A DNA stretch of 64,000 nucleotides. It comes from Octopus vulgaris (taxonomy: Eukaryota). The translations under genes were made by a program, and so were the position numbers. Location of the stretch: positions 151,838,001 to 151,902,000 of the forward strand of contig OX597816.1 of assembly GCA_951406725.2 (NCBI GenBank). The letters are read 5' to 3'. The first letter of the stretch is position 1. Every line of letters starts with the position of its first letter. A model generated the notes under the pieces. That model saw nothing but the letters and a program-made list of their open reading frames with translations, was not told the DNA's origin and did no database searches. Shown piece after piece: positions 13,041 through 26,495 of the stretch.

Positions 13041-14002
13041 GTACACATGCACATATATATATATATATGTACGTACACATGCACATATATATATATATAT
13101 ATGTACGTACACACGCACATCCATGCATATGTGTGTGTGTGTGTGTTTGTGCATATACATATATATTATAACTGTATTAACAATTCTTCATCTTGATACT
13201 TTACTACATGATAGAATATATTGATGGATTTCTGGTTAATAATGTATGTATTCACAGACATAAACATCTTTGACTATAGGGAAAGCAAAAATCATCCAGA
13301 CTAATTTCAGTCCTATGCTGGGATTTCAATAGTAACTGAGTACTTTTGTAAGCTGTCCACAGAGACACTACTTAAAACTCCATTGTTGTCAAGGGCAACA
13401 TTGATTAATGCCTTACTGTTTATAAAGGCCATTTGTCTAATAATATAGTGTAGGTTAAATACCGACAGATGTGTTCTGTAGAATAGTATTATAGCAGTGA
13501 AACAAAATTCTGTAAACAGATCAATAATTAATTAATAAAACAAGCTGAAAAGTGTGTTACATATGCAGTCTGGTCAACCTGATCTACTTAATTCTTTAGT
13601 ATCATATATTGTGACATACAAACTGATGTAATATATAATGTAAACATGTAGAATCAAATTAAAAAAATTGTTAGTATCTTTCCAAATCCTGCTGCATTTC
13701 ACATGGAATTTTTGGTTCTTCAAAGTCGTCTTGGTTTAAAAGCTTACCTCCCTTTTTTGGCTGTAAATTTTCTTAAGAAAAGTTTCACTTGTATGCCAGA
13801 AAAAACAGCAATAGTGAACATTGGTGAACAATGTTTCTGTAGACAGTTAAAGAGGATACTCAGGTACTGATGAAATCCTAACACAAGCTGGTCACTCTTC
13901 ATTTGTCTATGAGAATATTGCATATAATGATGAAATTTCTACATATCTCTATCTCTATACTATGTTGATATTTTCTGCAGTAGGGCATATATATATATAT
14001 AG

Positions 14003-14210
14003 TTAATCCAAACATGAAAACACAAAGAGAAAACACAATAACGGAAGGATGTGGAACAAGTATAGTGTTATTGGACGCTCAGGAAAGGAAAGAAAGAAGG
14101 AGGATTTAACGTTTCGAGTGGAGCTCTTCATCAGAAACAAAGAAATAGGAAAGGTCCAAGGAAGGGAAGACGGAGAAAGAAAATCGCCAATGATACATGC
14201 GCGGTCACAT
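14003..14210 (-). mobile_element. PLE pLTR / retrozyme-like repeat with minimal hammerhead (14105-14137)
   Basis: TTT-CTGATGA-A-GAG(CTCCA)CTC-GAA-ACGT-T-AAA. Diverged inverted homologue of ~17850-18040. Confidence 0.8.
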
Positions 14211-14425
14211 ATATATATATATTCATACACTAAAGTGGATTACTAATATACTAAAGATAGGCATCAAATCTTTAGTGGAATCCACTTTAATGGTCATTCC
14301 TCTTAATGATTGTAATATAATTTTTAAATCTTCAGGTTTTTTAAATATGCTAGACCACTAGTTTAAATTGATGTTAATTGATTGATATCAATATCTACCC
14401 TTATTATTTAAATACATATATACAC

Positions 14426-14429
<4 letters not shown>

Positions 14430-14458
<29 letters not shown>

Positions 14459-14556
14459 TGTATGTATGTATGTATGTATGTATGTATGTATGTATGTATG
14501 TATGTATGTATGTATGTATGTATGTATGTATGTATGTATGTATGTATGTATGTATG
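14430..14556. repeat. (TATG)n microsatellite
   Basis: Read directly from the sequence. Confidence 0.95.
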
Positions 14557-14737
14557 CATGTATGTATGCTTGTATGTATGCGTGTATGTGTGTGTGTGTG
14601 TGTATATATATATGTATATATATACATATATATATCATGTATATATGTATATATATATCATCAGTGTCATCAGTGGCAGCAGCATTTAAAGTGTCTACTT
14701 TACCATGCTGCAGGAAAAGGTAGGTATTAAGATGATG

Positions 14738-16295
14738 AAACCTACGGATTCCCACCTCTATCTCAACTTCTCTTCCTCCCACCCCTTCCACACCAAACGA
14801 GCCATCCCCTACTCCCAGTTCCTCCGCCTCCGACGTTTGTGCAGCCGCGACCAGGATTTCGAGACCCAATCTCAATACCTGGCCCGCATGTTCAGACTCC
14901 GAGGTTACCCACCCATACTCTTCTCTGATGCCCTCACCCGCGCCCGTCGCATCGACCGCACTACCGCCCTGTCTCCTTGGAGCAACGCTACATCTTCACC
15001 CTACAAACTACTACCCCACACGGACTTAACACAGCCCCCTCCTCTTGAGATCCGCTTTTTTTTTTTTTTTTTTTTTTTTGTTTCCCGGATACACCACCCA
15101 CACACACACACACACCTACCTCCCACACGCCTGTTCACACACACACATACGTAGACCCATCTACGTACATACATTCACACATTTAATCACACACACTTAT
15201 AGACATACATGCACACACTAACATACAAACCAACATGCACATACACACACACATACATACATACACACACACATACATACTTACACACACACACACACAC
15301 ACAGACATACATACACACATACATTCACACATACATACGCACATACATACACACACACTCACACACACACACCGCACGTACATACTTCACACACACACAC
15401 ATGCACACATACATGTAGGCACACACATACATACATACCCACACATGCACACCCTTACACTGAATGCACACACACATACACCTTTTTGCATCCAGGCAGC
15501 CCCCCCCCCCTCTTTTCTGCTTTCCGGTTTTGGCTGATGGATCCTCGGTTCCCGCGTAGCGGGGCGTTTGAGGGCCTTTGCGCTCGCGTGCCTTGGCGCG
15601 CAATGGGGGCTTGGTCGGCCCCATGGGCTTGCGTTGTATTGCTTGTGCGTTGTGTGCGTGAGCGCGCTTCGTGTGTGTGGGCTTGCTTCGGATGTGCGCG
15701 TGCGTATGTATGCATACATACCCACACACTCGCATGCATCCCTACCCACATACATACACGCACACCTACTTACACACACACATACACACACACACACACA
15801 TACCTGCACACACACACACATACATACATACACACACATACCTTCTTCAGACATACACACACACAGACATACACCCATACACTCACACTCACACGCATAC
15901 ACACACACACACACACGCACACGTACACATACACACACACACACCTACATACATACATTACACTTGTACACACACACACTTACATTCATACACACACACA
16001 CCTACACAGCCATACCCTCACTCAGACACACACACCTACCTACACACACACACAAACACACACAGACACACACCCATACATACATACATCTACACACACA
16101 CGCCTACACACATACATACACACATACATAAACACACACACACACACATACACACACACACACACACACACATACCTACATACTCCTATACGCACATACA
16201 TACACACAGACATACACACATACACACACACAAACATACACACACACATACTTACACACACACTCGCCTGCACGCGCACACACATGCATGACAAA

Positions 16296-16333
<38 letters not shown>

Positions 16334-18040
16334 TACACACACATACACACACACATAAACACGCACACGCACACACACACCTACACTCCCACACACATAC
16401 ATACGCACCTACATACACACACGCACGCATACACACGCACACACACGCATACACACATACATTACACACGTACACACACACCTACATACACATGCATACA
16501 CACACACACAAACATGCACGGACACACCCAGACATACATACATACACCTATATACACACGCACACACACACATACACACACACACATACACACACATACA
16601 CGGACACACCCATACATACTTACATACATACACCTATACACACACGCCTACACACCTACATACACACACATGCATACACACACACACATGTACGCACATA
16701 CACACACATATACGCACATACATATATACCCACACACACACATACGCACATGCATGCATGCATGCACACGCGCACACCTACACGCATACACACACACACA
16801 CGCACGTACACATACATACATACACACACACATACATACACCCATACACATACATGCATCCTACACACACATACATACACACTCACACATACATACACAC
16901 ACACTCACTCACACACCTGTATGTACGCGCACACACATGCACATACACACACTTCCACACACCCACACGTACATACATACACACTCATACACATACACAC
17001 ACACACACACACGGACATACATCTATGCACTCACATATATACACACATACTCACATACATTCATCGGACACACTGACACCCAGACATACACACAGACACA
17101 CTCACACATCCACGCACATACATACTTACGCGCATACTCGCGGGTGCGCGCACACACGCACTTGCGCCGGTTCACGCACGCATACGCGCTGCATGCACCT
17201 CGCTCTTGGACCCGACGAGACCTCCCGCTCTTGGACCCGACGAGACCTCCCGCTCGTTCCTAGGACCGTCGCTTGTCGTTGGGTTCTCCCACGCCCGTCT
17301 CCGCGGGACCACTCTTCCATCTTCCTCACTCACACACCTGTATGTACGCGCACACACATGCACATACACACACTTCCACACACGCGCACACATATACACA
17401 CCCACTCACACACACACATTACTTAAATATATACATTACTCTTACACACATTCAATCTACTCGCCATTAATACTACCACGACACTGGACACACACACACA
17501 CTACTACTCAACACACGCTGGCACGCTACATACGCCCCCACCCCTTCCCCTCCCTCCCTTCCTCCTTCCTTCATTTTCTTACTACTGACCACTGTCTGCT
17601 ATGCCTACTACTGTCTTGCCCTACCTCACACGCCTACACACAGACGCACACACTAACACATACATATATTTTTTGTTTTTTTATCTCGCCTCACACACAC
17701 ATACACACACGCACACGCACACACTCACACATACACACACATCTGTTGCGTTACCAACCCTGTCTCCACTCTTTTGGCTTTAAAAACCTACTTTGCTCTT
17801 GTTATCGTAAACTTCCGCCTTTCACCATGTGTACTTCGTAAACACCAGTCGTTTTTTTCTCCATCTCCTGTTGCCCGCTTTGGGGTCTTTCTTTCCTCTC
17901 TCTTCCTTCTTTATGTTTCCGACGAAGAGCTCCGCTCGAAACGTCATACCTTCCTGCTTCCATATTTCCTGAGCGCCTATTAATAATAATACTGTAATTG
18001 TTCCACTGTTGTTGCTTTTTTGTTTTCCCGTTTGGATTAA
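14738..18040 (+). mobile_element. Penelope-like (Neptune-type) element: RT thumb, internal deletion, GIY-YIG C-terminus, ~2.7-kb CA-rich 3' region, pLTR with hammerhead
   Basis: KPTDSHLYLNFSSSHPFHTKRAIPYSQFLRLRRLCS...RGYP is the PLE thumb. A shifted frame at 14980-15048 reads EQRYIFTLQTTTPHGLN (GIY-YIG end motif). Hammerhead-like CCGACGA-A-GAGC(TCC)GCTC-GAA-ACGT-C at 17915-17949. Confidence 0.85.
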
Positions 18041-18108
18041 AATTATATATATATATATATATATATATTATCCAAAATGTATAGTATTAAATATCCATCA
18101 TGGTTGGT

Positions 18109-18187
18109 CTTACCAATTGGTTTCGCATAAAGAATGCAATGGGGTATTAGGTAACAAACCAATTATATAACTTTACATTCATCAGAG
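18109..18187 (-). ncRNA. Type I hammerhead ribozyme motif with extended stem II
   Basis: CT-CTGATGA-ATGTAAAG...CTTTATGC-GAA-ACCAATTGGT-A-AG. Stem III is a 10-nt palindrome. The 10.1-11.1 pair is mismatched and stem I is short. Confidence 0.65.
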
Positions 18188-18250
18188 TTAGCAGATATGG
18201 AAGGCAATATGGGGACTCATGATCTCTTAGACGAATCATGTATGTGTGTG

Positions 18251-18296
<46 letters not shown>

Positions 18297-18374
18297 ACTA
18301 TAAGAAAATGGAGGGGATCAAGAGGTGGTATTCATCAACTTTTAGACATTACATTATATCTATTTATTATATAT

Positions 18375-18444
<70 letters not shown>

Positions 18445-19492
18445 ATTTAGCTGTGTGTGTGTGTAATTATATATATATATGTATATGTATATATTTTATG
18501 TTGAGTAATATATTCTTGTTTATGGATGGTCAGAAAGTGACCATTGGTTTAATGCCTATCATTGCAATATACACTTTATGAATATACTACACATCTACAT
18601 AAAACATAACTGCTAATTTCTCTGACTGAATCAGTAAAACATAAAGTGACAAGGCTGGTCATTTGAATAATACGTAGAATTCATCCAATGGGCTTCCACA
18701 CAGTTTTTATCTACCTAATTTCACTCACAAAATTTGGGTTGACTAAAGGCTTTTCTGAAAAAGACTTGCCCAAGACATTACACAGTGGAATTAAACCCAA
18801 GATCTCATGATTGCAAAGTAAACATTTTAAGCATTTGGCAATGTCTGTTTTTACTCACACACACACACGCGCACATGCACGCACACACACATGATATATT
18901 GATACATATAGATATGCATGTATACTCACACATGTATATATACATATATACGTATATATATAGATCAGAGATTAGAATCAGATATTCTCCATATAGAATA
19001 CACTTAGTAGTGTTCGAGGGATTCAAACTTGACTGGGTATAGAAATAAATGTAGGGATAAGCAAGTTAGACAGATCGATATTGGTCTATGTATGTATATA
19101 TACATACACCATATGTATATATCCTTTGCATATAAACATGCATGTTATGTATGTGTGTGTGTGTGTGTGTGTGTGTATTTATGTATGTATGCACAAACAC
19201 AGACAGTACACACACTCACTCACACACACACATACACACATACGCATACACACATACACATACACACACACATACAAAGAAATATGTTTCCACAAATATA
19301 TGTTTATGTATGTATACATGTATTTGTAGACATACTTTCTTTCTTAAAACTTGCATGTCAGCTATAAGAAAATAAGAATGAAACTGTTATGTATATATAT
19401 CTATATATATATGAGTGTGTGTGTATGTGTGTGTGTGGGGGGTGTAATTGGTTTCCATGTTTCATTTAATCATTATCGGTTTTTATGTTTCT

Positions 19493-19727
19493 TTAATCCG
19501 GAAATAGATTTTCTTTAAAATCTTTGGATTTTGATTTCGAAGAATTGGTATGTTTCCCACCATTGGGAGTGCTGTCTAAGCTTGAAAAATCAACTTGTTC
19601 TGTCAGAGTGTACCACTGAGCAAGTGGCTTGCGAGGATTCTCCAGCATCTCATACCAGTGATCTCTACCAATACCAGGAAAATGGGGACCAATTCCACAG
19701 CAGCCCATTACTTCATTGCTTCCAATT
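19493..19727 (-). CDS. Synaptotagmin (Syt3/6/9/10-like), last coding exon: end of C2B plus C-terminal tail
   Basis: Acceptor TTATCTTCAG| at 19728. Translates (R)IGSNEVMGCCGIGPHFPGIGRDHWYEMLENPRKPLAQWYTL...NLFPD*, matching the synaptotagmin GxxHWxEMLxxPRKPIAxWHxL motif. Phase matches the preceding exon. Confidence 0.93.
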
Positions 19728-19827
19728 CTGAAGATAATAAACAGGTAAATAGATTAATAAACAAATGAAGAGAAATGAAGGTGAAAAGTTTTCGGATAGT
19801 TATGATGCGCAAGAACTTCTGTCGTAC

Positions 19828-19999
19828 CTGTCATAGTCGACGACCTTGATGACCAAACTGATCTCCTCAATGTGTTCTTGGGGTACATCAAATACTATGG
19901 CTTCATTGTAGACAGGCCGCAGGGTGCTTCTCTTCACACTTGTCTTTCGCTTGCGTATTCGCTTGCCTTGGCACATCAGTGCTACTTTGACATAGGGAT
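19828..19999 (-). CDS. Synaptotagmin C2B exon (172 bp)
   Basis: Acceptor TTTGTCTTCAG| and donor AG|GTACGA. Translates (D)[56 protein letters not shown](R), a classic C2B with polybasic patch. Followed by a 100-bp intron. Confidence 0.96.
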
Positions 20000-20033
20000 C
20001 TGAAGACAAACAGAATGGATTTGTATGTATATA

Positions 20034-20079
<46 letters not shown>

Positions 20080-20262
20080 AAGGGAGAATTCACGAAAAAA
20101 ACGAAAGATGAAGACATGTAGTGTAGAAAATAAACAGATGTATTAGTATAACGCTCGGGAATTGAAAAAGTCTTTTATGTTTTGAGCCTATGCTCTTCCA
20201 CAGAAAGGAACACAGAAAAAAACAAGGAGAGAAAAGAAATGTGTGTAGTGGCTACTGATCTA
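20080..20262 (-). mobile_element. pLTR-like repeat with degenerate hammerhead (20172-20207)
   Basis: CTTT-CTGTGGA-A-GAGC(ATAG)GCTC-AAAACATA-AAAG. Same layout as 14105-14137, with core substitutions. Confidence 0.55.
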
Positions 20263-20342
20263 TACATACACACATATACATACATATATTCATGCATACA
20301 TACATACATACATACATACATACATACATACATACATACACA

Positions 20343-20390
<48 letters not shown>

Positions 20391-20802
20391 CATATATATA
20401 TATTTATATATATACATGCATACATACATACATACATACATACATACATGCATACATACATACATACATACATACATACATACATACATACATACATACA
20501 TAATATAAGATTCAGTTGCATTAGGTACTTAAATTGAGGCACTTTGTTAGGGTGGAATAATATACACACACAACAACAATATTATGTAAACATAATGTAA
20601 ACATTATGTACCTAAGTACCAGCTGGATGATATTTGTGCAGTGTATGCAGACAATTAGACCCAGCTGATAGAAGAAATCTGCTCTTGAGCTATTCAAACA
20701 TGTATATTATATTAAATACATGTACATTAAATTTACAAAAGGCAGCTTCTGAGACAGGTGAATAAATATAGATGATTAACACCTGTACTTCTACTGTTAC
20801 TC

Positions 20803-20872
<70 letters not shown>

Positions 20873-20912
20873 TATGAGAGAGACAAGGAGAAAGATATAT
20901 ATTGCTATAGAT

Positions 20913-22690
20913 ACAAAGTAAGATAGGGGTTATGAATGTAACCTACTATGGGATATCAGTTATTGAATATACTGCTGGTAAGGTACCCAAATACTAACTG
21001 GTAAGGTATCCAAATACATAAATGTTTTTAATTGCAATGCAAATAATTCATTTATTGTATTAAATGGGTGAAGGTAAAAAATATTTTTACTGTAAATTCA
21101 TAATGTAAATAAGAAAATGGAGAAACAAATTCACTTCGTTCATCAACTTACGGATATTACAACTACACATTATTTATTAATTATACAAATGGGAACATCA
21201 AAATCGAACAAAACAATATACATCAATATGTAGTATAATAATAAAAATAATACAAATAAACTGCTCCTTACAAGCTGTTTCAGCCTATGGTCAAGAGTCA
21301 ATTCAACTTATATTGTCTATAGATGTCAGTGTATCATGGTTTAGGCATTACAAATTATACTTGTATGTTAAAATAACCAAAGGCCTCATCAGAGGATATA
21401 ATTAACTTGAAAAGTATAATAATAATATTGATATACAAAACATGCTTCACTTATTATCCAGTATAAACAAATAAATAAATAATAAGACAAATATCCAAAA
21501 TACATATATATATATATATACATAAACACATATATACATATAAAAAATATACTTACATAGGCAAATCGTACATACTATTCACATGCGCAAAATACATAAA
21601 GAATAACATTGAACAATATATTACATTACATTGGGTATATCATGCACCGTATAGTCAAGTGAATGCATTCTAATGTATATATAATACCACTACGTGGATG
21701 TATTAATTTTAATATCCATATAACAAAAATGTAAACATTGTGAAATCCAATATGCATATAACAGAGACTTATATTTTGTGGACCTAACCCAGCATAGACA
21801 TACAATTCGAATTGAATTTTTTGGATGCTAAAATTAAACTCGTTCGTGTTACGTGGATGCGTTAAGTAATATCTAGATTATGTTTGAATGATTAATATAT
21901 TCTTATGCAAATATTTTGTTTGTGCATATGTGTATATATATATGTGTATGTGTGAATATTTATACTTCGTACCTTGTTTCATGAATTTTTGTTATGTTAG
22001 CATACATGAACATAGTGAGTATTTTCTGTTTAGTATTATAGTTAAAACAATAATACTGTTGGTGCTGTTAAACATGGTAGTATATATACATTAGAATGCA
22101 TTTACTTGACTATACGATGCATGATATACCCAATGTAATGTAATATATTGTTCAATGTTGTTCTTTATATATTTTGCGCATGTGATTACTATGTACGATT
22201 TGCCTATGTATGTATATGTATATATATTTGTATATTTTTTATATGTATATATGTGTTTATGTATATATATATATGTATATATATATATATGTGTATTTCG
22301 GATATTTGTCTTATTATTTATTTATTTGTTTATATTGGATAATAAGTGAAGCATGTTTTGTATATCAATATTATTATTATACTTTTCAAGTTAATTATAT
22401 CCTCTGATGAGGCCTTTGGTTATTTTAACATACAAGTATAATTTGTAATGCCTAAAACCATAATACACTGACATCTATAGACAATATAAGTTGAATTGAC
22501 TCTTGACCATAGGCTGAAACAGTTGTAAGGAGCAGTTTATTTGTATTATTTTTATTATTATGTTACATATTGATGTATATTGTTGTGTTCGATTTTGATG
22601 TTCCCATTTGTATAATTAATAAATAATGTGAAGTTGTAATATCCGTAAGTTGATGAACGAAATGAATTTGTTTCTCCATTTTCTTATTTG
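20913..22690 (+). mobile_element. Non-autonomous PLE-like fold-back element: ~600-bp inverted arms, a hammerhead in each arm, 13-bp TSD
   Basis: 21107-21689 is the reverse complement of 22075-22689. TATTGCTATAGAT occurs at 20900-20912 and 22691-22703. Hammerheads at 21265-21396 (-) and 22400-22531 (+). Confidence 0.88.
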
Positions 22691-22717
22691 TATTGCTATA
22701 GATTATAAATATTTACA

Positions 22718-22749
<32 letters not shown>

Positions 22750-23039
22750 CATACAATGAAAAGAAGATAAAGAAAATTCTTTAACACATCTTTATAATTA
22801 AAGTTAGCTGACACAAAGGACTGGAAACAATCTGAATATTGGAAAAGAGTCACCAGTATCATGATGCTTTGCACTGAGTATCAAAATGCTAACAGCATGA
22901 CTGCTGCTCAATGCCTGTTGAATACTGTAAAGAGTTGTAATATATAACATATACAGCTGCCACAGATACTATGAATCTGTAGCCAGCAAAAAGGGACACA
23001 ACCAGTGTTCTGATTGTTTTTGCGCACTGAAATTCATCT

Positions 23040-23535
23040 TTGAACAGAGCCATAGACTCAATTCAAATGGTTATATGAAGCTGCTGCAGACTGTGGTCAA
23101 TCCCAAACTGCAGAGAGTATATGTGACAGCAGGATTTGGCTTTCTGCCTTCCTCCAGAAAAGGTCAGAAGTAGTTGTTAGAGAATTTCTATGACTTTACC
23201 AGCCCCAATTTCTGGCCTCCCAATCCCTAAAATTGTAATTCCATTGATTACTATGTATGGGATGCAGTTGAGAATGACACCAATGGCTCTGCCAGCAATA
23301 CCAAAGCCAAGCTGGTGGCTAAGATCAAGGAAGTGTTCAAAGATCTTCCCAGGGGTGCAGTGAAGAATGTATGTTCCAGGTTTCAGGGTCATCTTGAGGC
23401 CATTGAGTAAACTGTTATGTCCCATCTGTAATGTAGCTGATATTTTTTGATTTTTTAGAATACTTAATTTTTCGGTGAGATATTGTGCTTTTTCTTTTTA
23501 TGCAAACTATCAAATTTAGTCTGAACATTGGATAA
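23040..23535 (+). mobile_element. Mariner-like transposase, C-terminal fragment
   Basis: ENFYDFTSPNFWPPNP*NCNSIDYYVWDAVE...VKNVCSRFQGHLEAIE contains a WPPxSPDLNPxDY-like motif. Confidence 0.78.
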
Positions 23536-24878
23536 GCAAAGAGAAACACACAAACCTAAAGTATAAGTATAAAGTATAAGAAAAGTCCCTTGTCCAAGAT
23601 GCTTCATAGTGGGTTTCAGCCCAAAACTGCATGGTTGTGCAGCAAACTGTGTCTCCATACAGCCAAGACTATACCTATTTACATCAATGTATAAATTTAC
23701 TAGTGGCAGATTTGAAGTTAAAGTAATTGCTGTCCTCTTTGAGAAAAATACCAACTACAGAATACAAAGGAAGAGAGGAAGATATGGCAAAGAAAAAGAA
23801 GAAAAAAGAAGTAAAAAAAACAACAAAATAATGTGATTAAAAAGCTGACCATCCTACTGCCACCCACACAGGTTTCTGAATAAGGCTATAAACCAAAGCC
23901 AGCACCTTAGATATTGCTAAACGATGTAAGACTATATATGGTAGTAGAAAGAGAGAGAACATGAAAGAAAATTTATTCCACAATTTTGCTTTACATGGCA
24001 TCAAAAGGAAAAGAGAAAAAAAAGAAAAAGACAGGAAAAGGGATAAAAAGTATGTCCAAGTTATTGATACCTCAGTTTCTCAGAACTGACCAGAAATTGA
24101 CTTTAACATAAACAGAGAAGTATTGATGACCAGATCATAGATATACAAGAAAAGGCTTTGATCCCTAATAATATATATTATTATTACAAAATAATAAGAA
24201 AGTAAAAGTGACCATAGCTGTGTAAGTATGGTTTTAATGGATATAATGAACCCAGTAGCATGGGAAAATTGGATTACATTCACAAAATAATACATACACA
24301 CATGCATGTGCATATGCACATATGCACTAACATACACAATGAAGTGAGATTGTCAGTGGTTAATGGGAGACAACATGCAAAACTGAATCTAATGAATATG
24401 CCAGTGTAGGTGTATTTTTAATGGCTACAATGACTCTACCATGTGTATAAAACTCTACCAAGTTTTATACACATACAAACAAATACATACACATGCAGTG
24501 AGAGAGAAAGACAAATATGTGTGTATGTACTCAAACACACACACATATGTAACTGAAAAAGATTAAGCACAACTGATGAGAATGTGTAACAGAAGTGAAA
24601 AATGAATTTAAAAATGCATGACATCAGCTGTTCCTCTTGGAATTTTCATGGCTTCAATGCTTTAGGCTATCTAATGCATCGAAACTACCAAAATTCTAGA
24701 GAGACAGCTGATGAGGGTTAGTTTTTTCATTTATTCTATCTGTTGTATTTATGCCTAATTATCATCCTCATTATTTCTGCTTAATTTTTTCTATTATCTT
24801 CTTTTGGATATCTTTTAACCACTGGTGTACAAAGCCTCATTGTATTGCCTGTCAATACATGTATATATGTGTATGTGT

Positions 24879-24920
<42 letters not shown>

Positions 24921-26495
24921 ACACATACATATCTATCTAAACACGCACACACACACACATATCATATATACACGTGTTTGTAAGTATGTGTGTTTGTGTG
25001 TGTATGCTTTAGAAATGTAAATGTTCAGTGTATGCTTTTCTCTATGATCCTCCCTGTCATGTTAATTGTACACCTCCCTCCTTCTCCATTTCTCCTTCCT
25101 TTATTCACCTATACAGTCTTTTCTTCCATTTTCTCTTTTCTCTAATTGATTTTCTTTATTACTATCTAACTTTACCACCTCAGTGATGTAACTGACACAC
25201 ATTCTCCTCCCTGTTCTGTTTATTTGTGTATAACTCTGAAAATAGGCAAACATCTCCAGGAAATGACAAAATTGTCCCCTATTACTATCTATATTAATTC
25301 ATGAAATTGCATTTTCGGATGATTAATCTAGGATGAATATAGTAAACTGTAGATGTAAATAGAAAAGATAGTGTATGTTTTTTTTTTACCAAATGAGGCA
25401 ATATAGGATGTTTATTCAATATCATTTTCTATAACACACCTGGGAAACCTTGTGTATTTTAAAAGGTGTGTTAAGGGAACTTAATGAATCAAGATAAAAG
25501 AAAAATTTCCAAACAGGTGCTGGTGTGGCTGTATAAGAAGCTTGCTTCTCAACCACATGGTTCTGGGGTCAGTCCCACTGCATGGTACCTAGGGCAAGTG
25601 TTTTCTACTATAGCCTCAGGCCAATGAAAGCTTTGTGAGTGGATTTGATAAATGGAAACTGAAAGAAGCCTATCATATATATGTATATATACTTATGTGT
25701 ATGTGTTTTTGTGTCTGTGTTTGTCCCCACCATCACCACCACTTGACAACTATTATTGGTGTGTTTGTGTCCTCGTAGCTCAACGCCTCAGCAAAAGAGA
25801 CCAATAGAATAAGTACCAGGCTTAAAAAGAGGTACTGGGGTCAAGGTGGTGCCCCAGCATGGCTTCAGTGTAATGGCTGAAACAAGTAAAAGATAAAAGG
25901 TATAGGGGATAAAAATGGACATTTTAAAGTATAGTTGTAGTGGAGGTGTGTGCATGGCTACTTAGTAAAGAAGTTTGCTCCAAGCCATACGGTTTTGGGT
26001 TCAATCCCACTGCATGATATCTTGGACAAATGTCTTGTACTATAGCTCTGGGTCAATTAAGCCTTGTGAGTCAGTATGGTAGACAGAAACAGAAATAAGC
26101 ATGTCACATATATATATATATGTATGTTAATGTGTGTGCATGTGCGTGCACATGTGTGTGTCAGTCCCTCCTTATCATGTGATATTTGTTCTGCCGAGGT
26201 TGATTTTGACTTTCATCCTTTCAGGGTTGATAAATTAAGTACCAGTTGCATACTGGGGTCGATATAATCAACTGGCCCCCTCCCCCAAAATTTCAGGCAT
26301 TGTGCTTATAGTAGAAAGGATTATGTGATATTTGTAAATGAGTCTCACTGTCACACAAACAGTGTCATGTGTTTTCATTCCACGAAACATATTCATTCAT
26401 GGGAAAATAGTACCTTGCTTGAAAATAGGTGGAAGTTAACAATGGGAAGGGTAAGCATGGAAAAGTAGACATTAAAATAATAATGATGATTAGGC

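Noticed and set aside
13820-13880. Possible hammerhead half-motifs (CTGATGA and GAAACATTGTT)
   Set aside because: The halves lie on opposite strands or lack stem I/II pairing.
14738-15060. Naturally endonuclease-less Penelope element
   Set aside because: The GIY-YIG C-terminal motif (EQRYIFTLQTTTPHGLN) survives in another frame, indicating an internal deletion.
15183-17841. Long His/Thr-rich and Cys/Val-rich ORFs up to 290 aa
   Set aside because: They are translations of CA/TG repeats, open in most frames, with no domain or codon signal.
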